Below the pieces are notes generated by a model. The model worked only from the letters and a program-made list of their open reading frames with translations. It had not been told where the DNA came from and did no database searches. The position numbers and the translations under genes were made by a program. A DNA stretch of 64,000 bases from assembly GCA_963785305.1 (NCBI GenBank), contig CAWAUV010000004.1, positions 192,001-256,000 of the forward strand, given 5' to 3'. The DNA is from an uncultured Planctomycetaceae bacterium. GTDB lineage: Bacteria > Planctomycetota > Planctomycetia > Pirellulales > PALSA-1355. Below are positions 55,343 to 64,000 of the stretch, one piece after another (the first letter of the stretch is position 1; every line of letters begins with the position of its first letter).

Positions 55343-56309
55343 GGGCGAGAAACTCCTTATACCAAGCAATCGTTCGCTTGAGACCTTCGTCGAGATCGAA
55401 CAGCGGCGCCCAGTCGAGCATCGTCTGGGCCTTGGTCGGGTCGAGATACTGGTAACGAATCTCGCTGCTGGCTTCGTTGCGCACATCGGGCGCCAGATTC
55501 GAGCCCATCTGTCGCAAAATCCGGTCGACCAGCTCGAGAACCGTCACTTGCAGGGCGTTCGAAAAATTAAACGCCTCGCCCCGCAGTTCGGGCCGGGCGG
55601 CGAGCGATTCGGCCAGCAGCATGTAAGCCGCCGCGCCGTCTTCGACATAAAAATAATCGCGAATGTAATTGCCATCGGAGCGAATCACCGGCCGCTCGTC
55701 GGCCAGCACGCTACGAATCGTGCCGGGCACGATTCGATTCCAATTCATATCACCGCCGCCGTAAAAATTTCCGCAGCGCGTGATCACCACCGGCGAGCCG
55801 TAGGTGATCGCATAGGCTTGCGAGATCAGATCGGCGCACGACTTGCTTACATCATAGGGATGCCGGCCCTCGAGCGGCGCGGTTTCGGCGTAGGGCAATG
55901 TCTCGTGGTCGCCATAGGCTTTGTCGCTCGAGGCGATGACGATCTGCTTCACGCGCGGCGAGCGGCGGCAGGCTTCGAGCAGGGCCCACGTGCCGCGGAT
56001 ATTGCTTTCGAAAGTCGACACCGGGTTGCGATTGGCGATGCCGACGATCGTTTGCGCGGCGAGATGGAATACGGTGTCGACTTCGTATTCGCCGATCGCG
56101 CGCTCGAGCATTTCTTGCTCGCACACATCGCCGCGCACGACTTTGACTCGCTCGAGCATGCCGCCGCGCACCAGCTCGCATTGCGGCGCCCAATCGCGAA
56201 TCAGGCACACCACGTCGGCTTCGGCCTCGAGCAGTCGGCGCACCAGCCAGCTTCCGACCAGCCCGGTTGCTCCAGTGACCAAGGTCGACCGATGTCGCCA
56301 AAAACTCAT
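55332..56309 (-). CDS. NDP-sugar (probably CDP-glucose) 4,6-dehydratase, SDR family
   Basis: [27 protein letters not shown] (YxxxK); overlaps rfbH. Confidence 0.85.
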
Positions 56310-56635
56310 GAATCTTCCTCCGCGGGGCTTGCGCAGCGCAATGATTTTGTCGGATCGGGCCGCGGCCGAGCGGCCGCGCTCGAAGTCGTTGCCGATGCGC
56401 GACATCGAAGCTCGCCCCGAGCCTGCTGGCAGTTCAGAATGTATCGTTCCGGCCCCATGCCGGCAACGTCGATTGGGACCGAGAGACCGCGCTCCACGCC
56501 CGACCAAGCGCCACTCATTGCAAGCCGCCAAGTTGCCCGCTCCCCGCTTGCGGTCCACTCGGCGATGTGCGACGTTGGCCGCTATTGGCCCTGCTCATTG
56601 TGAAAAATCAGCTGCTAGCACCCCTGGGCGCCATC

Positions 56636-57457
56636 ATGTCGATCGATCCCGCTCCACGCTCCGCGACTCCGTTTGCCGATCTGGCCGGGCGGCTCGTGTT
56701 TTTAGGCACGGGCACTTCGGTCGGCGTGCCGGTCGTGGGCTGCGAATGCGCCACGTGTCAGAGCAAGGATGCTCGCGATTATCGACTCCGCTGCGGGTTG
56801 GCCTTGGGCTTGGCCGAGGGAACCTTGCTGATCGACACCCCGCCCGACCTGCGCACCCAATTACTGCGCGAGCGCATCGGGCGCGTCCATGCGGTGCTCT
56901 ACACACACGATCATGTGGATCATGTGTATGGCCTCGATGATCTGAGGCCGTTTTCCCATTACTTGGGCAAGGCGGTGCCGGTGTATTGCGAAGAACGGGT
57001 GGAGAACCGGATTCGCAAGTCGTTCGACTATGCGTTTGCCGAGGGCGCCCAACAGCATGGCGGCGGCGTGCCGCGGCTTGCGTTTCATCGGATTGGGCTC
57101 GAGCCCTTCTCGCTCTTGGGCCACGCGATCACGCCGCTGCGATTGCTCCACGGCCCCTTTCCCACGCTCGGCTTTCGAATCGGCAACGTCGCGTATTGCA
57201 CCGATGTGAGCGCGATTCCGCCCGAAAGCTGGCCGCTGCTCGAGGGGCTCGATGTGCTGATTCTCGACGCCCTCCGCCCGCGGCCCCACCCGACGCATTT
57301 CAGCTTGCCCGAGGCGATCGAAGTGGCCGAGCGGCTCGCTCCGCGGCGCACGTTCTTTACTCACATGTGCCACGATCTCGCGCATGGGCCCACGAACGCC
57401 GGGCTGCCCGCCGGCATGGCGCTCGCCCACGATGGCCTGCGACTCGAATTAAGCTGA
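56636..57457 (+). CDS. MBL-fold metallohydrolase (PhnP-like)
   Basis: LGTGTSVGVP..GCEC..C, THDHVDH, YCTD, THMCH. Confidence 0.9.
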   Translation: MSIDPAPRSATPFADLAGRLVFLGTGTSVGVPVVGCECATCQSKDARDYRLRCGLALGLAEGTLLIDTPPDLRTQLLRERIGRVHAVLYTHDHVDHVYGLDDLRPFSHYLGKAVPVYCEERVENRIRKSFDYAFAEGAQQHGGGVPRLAFHRIGLEPFSLLGHAITPLRLLHGPFPTLGFRIGNVAYCTDVSAIPPESWPLLEGLDVLILDALRPRPHPTHFSLPEAIEVAERLAPRRTFFTHMCHDLAHGPTNAGLPAGMALAHDGLRLELS

Positions 57458-57476
57458 GTGCTAAACCGACGGCCGG

Positions 57477-58067
57477 TCAGCGAGTGGCGTTTTTGGCCCG
57501 CAAGGCGGACAGCTTGGTGAGCGTTTCCTTGGGATGCGTGGCCGCTTCGGTGGCGCAGTCGGTGCAGCAGACAAACAGCGGTCGGCCATCGATGGTCACT
57601 TTCGTCGGCACGCCGGTTGAACCAAGACGCACATTGTTCTTGATCGCGCAAAACACTTGCGCCTCGGCATTGCGGCGATCACTGTCCGAGAGCTTCGAAA
57701 GATTGGCGTTCACGCGCGTGAGCGTGGCGGCGGAGGCAAGCGTGGTTTTGGCCCGCGACTTGGCCCGCTTCGTGCAACCGGCGCAGCAGAGAAAGACCGG
57801 CTTGCCCTCGAGCGTCACTTTCACCGGGCAGCCCATCGAGCCCAAGCGATTCTCCTGCTCGACGGCGCACCAGCGCTGCGCGACGGCCAGCGGCCGGTCG
57901 GCGGCGGGCAATTCATCGAGCGCTTTTTGAATCTCTTGCTCGGGATCGGCGACCGCATCTTCGGCGCGCACGTTCGAGCGAGCGCCAAACAGCGAGGCAA
58001 CTCCGAGCGCGGCGGCGATTGCGGCAAACGGGAGGAATTTGAAACGAGAAAAAGTCGTCGCGCGCAT
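57477..58067 (-). CDS. Secreted protein with two YHS/TRASH-like Cys repeats
   Basis: Signal peptide; two repeats of Q..CA....RLGS.G.P.KV...G.P.F.CC..C. Confidence 0.75.
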   Translation of the reverse strand: MRATTFSRFKFLPFAAIAAALGVASLFGARSNVRAEDAVADPEQEIQKALDELPAADRPLAVAQRWCAVEQENRLGSMGCPVKVTLEGKPVFLCCAGCTKRAKSRAKTTLASAATLTRVNANLSKLSDSDRRNAEAQVFCAIKNNVRLGSTGVPTKVTIDGRPLFVCCTDCATEAATHPKETLTKLSALRAKNATR

Positions 58068-58274
58068 GGGGTTTGTCTCCGGGGTGGCAAACGCGGCCTG
58101 GAAGTCAATTCTTACCGGGCGCCGCGCTGTTGTTCCATACCCGAATTTCCCGATCTCGGAAACCCCGATCCGGGAAATGGAGGCTAACCAGGCCAACCGG
58201 CCAACCAGTTCGCCCGAGAACCCCTTGAATCTCGTCATGCGAGCGCAATGCGCGGGAGCTCGCTGGGCGGCAGA

Positions 58275-58622
58275 TCATGCCGCGCGGGCCAGGGCCGTGA
58301 GTGTTTCGATTGCCAGCGTGTCGTGCATCGCGAGCTCCACGACCCGGTCCGCCACCAAATCGAACAGTTCCGCCCGTATCGATTCCGGCAGCGATTCGTC
58401 GGCAACGCGATCTTCGACCGCGGAATCCACGATTTCAGCGGCTCGAGCGCGGATATAACCTCGCGCTTCATCGGGCAACGCGCGGAGCCAATGGCGGCGA
58501 GACCGGCGGCAGACAGCCGGCGAGATATCGGCGGCGATTTCATCGGCGAGCCGAGCGAGCGCTCGAGCCCGACGCCATCGCATGGTCATCAACAAGTTGC
58601 GACATAAAATCATCCAACGCAT
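58275..58622 (-). CDS. Hypothetical protein
   Basis: 115 aa helical ORF containing EARGYIRARA; boundaries uncertain. Confidence 0.45.
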   Translation of the reverse strand: MRWMILCRNLLMTMRWRRARALARLADEIAADISPAVCRRSRRHWLRALPDEARGYIRARAAEIVDSAVEDRVADESLPESIRAELFDLVADRVVELAMHDTLAIETLTALARAA

Positions 58623-58938
58623 GGCGTTTCTCCGACGGTGGCGCCGCGAGAGCGCGGCTGGAATCTTTATCGACTCGGCGGGCGCCTGCCTTCGCGAGCT
58701 TTTAAGAATTCGCGCTGCCTGGCGCCAGCGGCGCCGCCGATCTTCGGCCCCGGCGCTGATCGACTGAAGATTGCCGCGATCGTTTGCCGATTGTGTGGGT
58801 TATCGCGCTTGTAGCGGTATCGAGCGGGCGAAGCGGCGCGAGATCGCGTCGGGGCACGGGAAAATCCGCTGGCGCCCTTGAAGCTTCGCCGACAGGTCAC
58901 CCGAGCGCGACGAATATTCGCGGAACAATCGACACGCC

Positions 58939-58967
58939 TTGACCAACCCGCAAGTATTTTCTAAGTT
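58939..58967 (+). promoter_or_regulatory. Sigma70-like promoter of tRNA-Cys
   Basis: TTGACC-N17-TAAGTT, ending 33 bp upstream of the tRNA. Confidence 0.6.
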
Positions 58968-59000
58968 ACCCCTTTTGCCTAATGGCTTTAGGGCATTATC

Positions 59001-59072
59001 GGCGCCGTCGCCAAGTGGCTAAGGCAGTGGATTGCAAATCCACCACCGTGGGTTCGACTCCCACCGGCGCCT
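59001..59072 (+). tRNA. tRNA-Cys(GCA)
   Basis: Acceptor stem GGCGCCG/CGGCGCC with U73; anticodon arm GTGGA-TTGCAAA-TCCAC; T arm GTGGG-TTCGACT-CCCAC; CCA not encoded. Confidence 0.97.
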
Positions 59073-59078
59073 CTCTTC

Positions 59079-59124
59079 AAAAACCCCTGTTTTCTCGGCT
59101 AAAACGAGCGAACTGGGGTTTTTT
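59079..59124 (+). terminator. Putative intrinsic terminator
   Basis: AAAAACCCC...GGGGTTTTTT stem directly after the tRNA. Confidence 0.5.
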
Positions 59125-59373
59125 CGTGCGCCGTTACTCACCCCCCAAGATACGCAGAAAACCGCTCATTTCCGCCCCGCCTGGCCACAACCTGGCCGCA
59201 AGATTGCTCGCCCCGCGATATGGGGCTGGCATATAGCCCTGTTTGCAAAAGCGCCGGACGAATGTACATTGCTGGCATCGGGCGCGGCCGGCCAGCCGTT
59301 TGACCCGAACGTCGTGACGCCACCTCCCTGGCTCAGCGACGTTCGGGGCTTGCCCGTTTTAGGGAGGATTCAC

Positions 59374-60063
59374 ATGGGCAAAATCTCGCCCCTCATGCTT
59401 CCATCGGCGGAAATGGTCGCCCTGGAAGCCGACGTGCAGTTATTGCTCGCCGTGCGCCAAGAGGCTATGCCGGAAGCTGATCGCGGAATCAGATTGGCGG
59501 CTTGCCTGGACCGAATCTCGCGAATTGAACAATGGTTGCGAGGCGGCGGCGCCCGCGATGTCGAATTCGTCGCTGGCGGCGACCATCGCCAATGGGGAGC
59601 CGCCGTTGCCGTAGCCGCCCACAAAATAAAGCGCGGCTTGCGCGAAATAGCCAATCCCGCGCTCGACGTGCTCGATTCTCGCGAAGCCGAGCAATGCGCC
59701 AAGCAGATTCGCGACGCGGGCGACGAATTACGGGCGCTGCGGGGAATGGACGACCGCGACGACCATCGGCCATTTGCGCATCGCAAGACGGAATCGCCAA
59801 GCGCGACGATTGAAGACCCGCCGCGAAAAGTATCGGGCATGATGAGCATTCGCGACCTGGCCGAGAAGCATCGTGTCGATCAACAGATATTGCGAAAAGC
59901 CCTTGAACGATGGCGGTTGAATCACGACGATGGGTATTCGGAAGTGACGACCAGGCGCCAGAACGAGCCGCGATTCCTCTTTGAAGAATCGGCCATATTG
60001 CCGGTTATCGACGGGATAAAGCGGCGGACGGAAACGTCCCACGAACGTCCCACGGAAAAATAA
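59374..60063 (+). CDS. Hypothetical protein with C-terminal HTH-like region
   Basis: GGGAGG ribosome-binding site; MSIRDLAEKHRVDQQILRKALERWR. Confidence 0.6.
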   Translation: MGKISPLMLPSAEMVALEADVQLLLAVRQEAMPEADRGIRLAACLDRISRIEQWLRGGGARDVEFVAGGDHRQWGAAVAVAAHKIKRGLREIANPALDVLDSREAEQCAKQIRDAGDELRALRGMDDRDDHRPFAHRKTESPSATIEDPPRKVSGMMSIRDLAEKHRVDQQILRKALERWRLNHDDGYSEVTTRRQNEPRFLFEESAILPVIDGIKRRTETSHERPTEK

Positions 60064-60308
60064 TTCCGCTGGTTTTCTCGGCCAAAACTCTGATTTTGGC
60101 GTCCCACGAACGTCCGCCGGCAACAGCGCCGACCGCGACCGCCCTACTCTCGTGGCATGGTCGCACTATCTGACATCCCGCTGTTCCTTCTTCGCCGGCT
60201 GCTCGCGGACACGATCGCATCCGCTGGCGCAGACTCGCAGGGGGCCACCGCGCTGCGGCGAGAAATCGAGCGACGCTCCACCGCCAAGCAGCCCCGGAGG
60301 CGCAAGCG

Positions 60309-60597
60309 ATGAGCGACGCCGACACTCCCGCCGTCACGCTGGCCGACGTGCTGGCCCGACTCGACGCCATCGCGGCTCGGCTCGACCAGCACGCGACGCC
60401 CGAGGCACGCTGGCTATCGGTTGACGGCGCCGCAGTCTACGCGAGCCTTTCGGACGACTCAATCCGCCGCCTGCTCTCAAGCGGCAAGCTCCGCTCTGCG
60501 CCCAGTGAAGGGCAGGATCGTCATCGACCGCGGCGAATTGGATGCGCTGATCCTGTCGTCGGACCAGCGACCGCGCAGGGGCCGCGGGATTCGATAA
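60309..60597 (+). CDS. Excisionase-like HTH protein (frameshift near 60495)
   Basis: RWLSVDGAAVYASLSDDSIRRLLSSGKL continues as PVKGRIVIDRGELDALI in another frame. Confidence 0.75.
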
Positions 60598-60622
60598 CCG
60601 ACACATAACCCGCTGCGCCGCC

Positions 60623-62035
60623 ATGCCCCGACGCCGCCGCGAGACCAACCGGGGGCAAGACGGAGAAAAAAACATGCCGGACGCGGGCGAACTAAGGACG
60701 ATGGCAAAGGACGCCGACCCGTCGGACGAGGCCGCGGCCTACCTGGCGACCAAGAAAAAGAACAACATCCTGGCGCTGCGGACACACCGCGCGACATTTT
60801 TCGGATGGCACGGCGGCGCCTATCGCGAGATGATGCCCGCGGACGTTCGCGCCGACTTGATTCGGTTCGCAAGTCGTCATCTGTGTCATCTTGCCGGACG
60901 AATCACCGGCGACATTCTCGATCACGTCCGCGCACAGTCTCACGTTCCAAGTTGGACCGAACCGCCAGCATGGCTCACTGGCGGCTCACCTTGGCCTGCT
61001 GATGAGATTCTGGCCACGCGCAGCGCATTGGTTCATCTGCCGAGCCTGATCTCGGGAGAAAGCTATTCGCGGCCATCGACGCCGGAGTTCTTTGCGACGA
61101 ACGCGCTCGAATTCGACTTTGCCCCGGCGCCGCCGAAGCCCGTGGCCTGGCTCGATTTCCTCTCGCGACTCTGGGCCGGCGACCAGCAGAGCATCGACAT
61201 TCTCCAGATGTGGGCCGGCTACTTGCTCACGCCCGACACTCGCCAGCAAAAGATTCTGCTGCTGGTCGGTCCAAAAAGAAGCGGCAAGGGAACAATTTTC
61301 CGCATCCTGGCGGCGCTGGTCGGCCGGCGAAACGTGGCAGGGCCGACGCTCGCGAGCCTGGCTTGCAATTTCGGGCTGCAGCCGCTTTTGCACAAGACGG
61401 TCGCCATGATTTCGGACGCGCGGCTCAGCGGCCGAACCGACAGCGGCATTGTTGTGGAGCGGCTGCTGTCGATCAGCGGCGAAGATGCGCTGACGATCGA
61501 CCGGAAGCACATGGAAGCCGTGACGTGCAAGCTATCGGCCCGGCTCATGTTGGCGTCGAACGAGCTGCCCCGGTTGTCGGACGCATCCGGCGCGTTGTCC
61601 AGCCGATTTATTGTCTTGCGACTCAAGCAATCGTGGTACGGCCAAGAGGACACCGCACTGTCGGAAAAACTCATGGGCGAACTGCCCGGCATCCTGCTAT
61701 GGGCCATTCAGGGCTGGAAGACGCTCCGCGACCGCGGGAGATTCCTCGAATCCGGATCGGCCGACGGGCTTCGCCAGCAGCTAAACGATCTCACGTCGCC
61801 AGTGTCGGCATTTGTTCGCGAGCAGTGCGTGGTGGACGATTCCGCTCGCGTCGCACGGGGCGATCTCTATGCGGCCTATTGCGAGTGGGCGAAGACCGCC
61901 GGCCGATCTCACGTCGAAGATGAGGCGGGTTTCGGGCGGCATTTGCGAGCGGCAGTGTCGAGTATCGAGGACTGCCAGCCGCGGATTGACGGGCGACCGA
62001 CCCGCCATTATCGCGGAATCGGACTCGCGGAGTGA
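60623..62035 (+). CDS. P4/D5-type SF3 helicase (phage/plasmid primase family, helicase part)
   Basis: Walker A GPKRSGKGT, Walker B VAMISD, motif C LMLASNELP, winged-helix tail DLYAAYCEW. Confidence 0.88.
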   Translation: MPRRRRETNRGQDGEKNMPDAGELRTMAKDADPSDEAAAYLATKKKNNILALRTHRATFFGWHGGAYREMMPADVRADLIRFASRHLCHLAGRITGDILDHVRAQSHVPSWTEPPAWLTGGSPWPADEILATRSALVHLPSLISGESYSRPSTPEFFATNALEFDFAPAPPKPVAWLDFLSRLWAGDQQSIDILQMWAGYLLTPDTRQQKILLLVGPKRSGKGTIFRILAALVGRRNVAGPTLASLACNFGLQPLLHKTVAMISDARLSGRTDSGIVVERLLSISGEDALTIDRKHMEAVTCKLSARLMLASNELPRLSDASGALSSRFIVLRLKQSWYGQEDTALSEKLMGELPGILLWAIQGWKTLRDRGRFLESGSADGLRQQLNDLTSPVSAFVREQCVVDDSARVARGDLYAAYCEWAKTAGRSHVEDEAGFGRHLRAAVSSIEDCQPRIDGRPTRHYRGIGLAE

Positions 62036-62084
62036 AACACGTGAAACATGTATCTATCTATTGCACGCATGGGGGCGCATTGAA

Positions 62085-62612
62085 ATGAGTAACGAAAATA
62101 ATAGCTATATATTACGCAATGGGGTGAATCGTGTTTCACCTGTTTCATTCGCCTGGCCGGAGTGGGTTAGTCAACCCGCCGCGATTGCGCCAATTGAGCC
62201 GCTAACCGCAACCCCCGAAAGCGATTGCGACGAATTGAGCGAGACGCAATTGGACTCGGCCACATTGTTCGACGGCGCACAACAGGATACCGCCGCCGAC
62301 GCATGGGACTGGTTCGACCACATTTCCGCCAGCGACCGCGATTACCTACTCGGCCCGCGAACTGAATGGCGTGACGTTCCCTGCTCGTGGTGTCACCGCC
62401 GCGGCCCGCACACCGCCGATTGCGACCAAATGCACGATGAATGGTCGATGCCGATGCCGTTTGGCAGGCACAAAGGCAAGCCGATTCGACGCATCGAACG
62501 CGAGTATCTGGAATGGCTGTTAGGCAAGGTTTATCTGGTCGCCGACTTGCGTGCGGAAATCGAGCGAGTGCTTGGCGTCGAGAGGATCGAAGCCAGCGAG
62601 GCCACGCCATGA
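62085..62612 (+). CDS. DUF3820-like domain protein (start uncertain)
   Basis: MPFGRHKGKPIRRIEREYLEWLL, preceded by CSWC..H...C. Confidence 0.7.
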   Translation: MSNENNSYILRNGVNRVSPVSFAWPEWVSQPAAIAPIEPLTATPESDCDELSETQLDSATLFDGAQQDTAADAWDWFDHISASDRDYLLGPRTEWRDVPCSWCHRRGPHTADCDQMHDEWSMPMPFGRHKGKPIRRIEREYLEWLLGKVYLVADLRAEIERVLGVERIEASEATP

Positions 62613-62811
62613 ACACCACCGACCACAACACCGACGCCGAACACCCCCGCAGCCCGCTGCCGATGGTCACGATCAAGCTGGCGCCTGGCCGCATTGCCGC
62701 TCGCCGAAGTTCAAGGTCCGCCGGACGGTTGACCAGAGCAACGACGGCGCTGTTCTTCGATATTGCACATGCCACAGTTGCTCGCGGCGGTTCACTATTT
62801 TGGCCACCTAA
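62609..62811 (+). CDS. Ogr/Delta-like zinc finger, copy 1 (frameshift near 62685)
   Basis: Paralogue of 63372-63581; PHC...RYCTCHSC..RF. Confidence 0.6.
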
Positions 62812-62943
62812 AGAAAAGTTCTATTGTATGTAAAAGGTGTTGAACCTATTCCGGGTATTCGGGGCTATTCGGGGTAAACCGATTTTGGCTTTCTCTGAAC
62901 TACTTATTTTGCCTGTTGTGTAACTCAACTGAAGGACCGACCT

Positions 62944-63198
62944 ATGCAAGACCATCGACCGACCTGGAGGCGAGCCAAGCGGAAAGCCCGATGGAACGAA
63001 CTGGCCGAGACCATCCGAATCGTGTGGCTCGAATTGCGTTCGCTGACCAATCACCGCGCCGTCAAAGAGCAGTTGAACGAAGCCGTCGAACGACGCGAGC
63101 AGCAGCGTGCGACGCAACGATGGGCGCAAGGCTGCATGGACGCATGGGGCAAGCCGGTCGCACACGATGAGATTCTGTGCGGCGAATGGACGGGATGA
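62944..63198 (+). CDS. Hypothetical protein
   Basis: 84 aa ORF with GAAGGA ribosome-binding site and ATGA coupling to the next gene. Confidence 0.5.
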   Translation: MQDHRPTWRRAKRKARWNELAETIRIVWLELRSLTNHRAVKEQLNEAVERREQQRATQRWAQGCMDAWGKPVAHDEILCGEWTG

Positions 63199-63375
63199 AC
63201 GATGAGCAGCACACGACCTCGATTCTCGCTGCTACTGGAAGCCGACCACAAACCGGCCGACCCAGCCGGCATCCGTCGGTTGCGGGAGTTGCTGAAGCGG
63301 CTGCTCCGATCACACGGGTTCCGGTGCGTCGAGGTTTGCGAAGTGAAGCAGGAACCCAGCGAGCCGACGCCATGA
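63195..63375 (+). CDS. Small phage-like hypothetical protein (frameshift near 63220)
   Basis: Alternate frame reads LLLEADHKPADPAGIRRLRELLKRLLRSHGFRCVEV; ATGA overlaps at both ends. Confidence 0.5.
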
Positions 63376-63581
63376 GCAGCACCGACCACACCGCCGACGC
63401 CGAACACCCCCGCAGCCCGCTGCCGATGGTCACGATCAAGCTGGCCCGCTGCCCGCGTTGCCGATCGTCCAAGCATCGCGTCCGACGAACAGAGCAACAA
63501 ACCATCGGCGGCAGTGACGCCGTGCTCAGATACTGCACGTGCGTCAGTTGCGATCGACCGTTCACTATTTTGGCAACGTGA
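63372..63581 (+). CDS. Ogr/Delta-like zinc finger, copy 2
   Basis: CPRC-x~24-RYCTCVSC..PF four-Cys ribbon. Confidence 0.7.
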   Translation: MSSTDHTADAEHPRSPLPMVTIKLARCPRCRSSKHRVRRTEQQTIGGSDAVLRYCTCVSCDRPFTILAT

Positions 63582-63647
63582 AGAATTCTTCTACATATGG
63601 AAGTGCAACAAACCCGCGAGCGCGAATAATCAAAGCAGAGGGAACCC

Positions 63648-63833
63648 ATGACGACCGAAACCCGCGACTTAACATCCATCGGCTGCCTGGCCGGCCAAAT
63701 GCAGCGCAGCGTCCGCTCGATTGAGCAAGCCGCGAGCCGAGCCGGAATCAAGCCCGCCATGCGCATCGACCGCGTGCCGCACTACACCGCCGCACAGGTC
63801 GAGCGGATCATTGCAGCGCTGGGGGGCAAGTGA
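63648..63833 (+). CDS. Small HTH-like (MerR/Xis-like) protein
   Basis: SIGCLAGQMQRSVRSIEQAA...PHYTAAQVERI; GAGGGA ribosome-binding site. Confidence 0.55.
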   Translation: MTTETRDLTSIGCLAGQMQRSVRSIEQAASRAGIKPAMRIDRVPHYTAAQVERIIAALGGK

Positions 63834-64000
63834 TGGTCAAAACATTCATCGAGCGGCTGGCGGACGAGGCCCGCAGCGCCCACACAGGCGACGGCTGCGC
63901 CTATGTCGTCGGTCTCATTCGAGCGGCCGAGGACGACCTGCCCGAAGCGTTTGAGCGATTGGGCAGGTCGATTCCGTTGTCGCTGCTCAAGCTGCCGGGC
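63833..64000 (+). CDS. Hypothetical protein, partial
   Basis: TGATG coupling to the previous gene; open to the window edge (MVKTFIERLADE...). Confidence 0.45.
   Translation, partial: MVKTFIERLADEARSAHTGDGCAYVVGLIRAAEDDLPEAFERLGRSIPLSLLKLPG

Larger units (their letters stand above)
59073..64000 (+). mobile_element. tRNA-Cys-adjacent phage-satellite-like integrated element, left part (right end outside the window)
   Basis: Excisionase-like HTH, P4/D5 SF3 helicase, Ogr-like zinc fingers and small coupled ORFs directly after a tRNA; no integrase in view. Confidence 0.75.

Noticed and set aside
59032..59373. N-terminal extension of the 343 aa ORF
   Set aside because: It overlaps the tRNA and terminator; a strong ribosome-binding site supports a start at 59374.
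63177..63581. Single 134 aa ORF
   Set aside because: Better explained as a frameshifted small gene (63195-63375) coupled to the zinc finger starting at 63372.
62590..63606. Diversity-generating retroelement TR/VR pair
   Set aside because: Differences include indels and are not adenine-specific; no reverse transcriptase is in view.

Overview
GC-rich bacterial DNA, very probably a Planctomycete (DUF1501 and DUF1549/1553 genes, MfnB, a sulfatase, twin YHS-like domains). About 59 kb is core or accessory chromosome: RraA-like aldolase, a large secreted PHP-like protein, HupE/UreJ, a sulfatase, a DUF1501 module, mfnB, putA, topA, a signalling cluster, a SWIM-SNF2 ATPase, glycosylation genes, glnE, an aminotransferase, KGSA dehydrogenase, an ISAzo13 remnant, a split transketolase and CDP-dideoxysugar genes. 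From tRNA-Cys (59001-59072) to the window end lies the left arm of a phage-satellite-like integrated element. Many genes, including topA, are split by single frameshifts, most likely sequencing indels, so such genes are reported as merged spans. All product calls come from motif recognition by eye; no searches were run. Best candidates for undescribed biology: (1) a small KH/YHGFP protein coupled to an HTH-less ImmA/IrrE peptidase, inserted in the sugar locus (possible toxin-antitoxin or defence system); (2) the tRNA-Cys element, with a primase-less SF3 helicase, an iteron-like origin and duplicated Ogr-like zinc fingers; (3) a possible phosphorelay of hybrid kinase, pseudokinase and GAFEGA activator.
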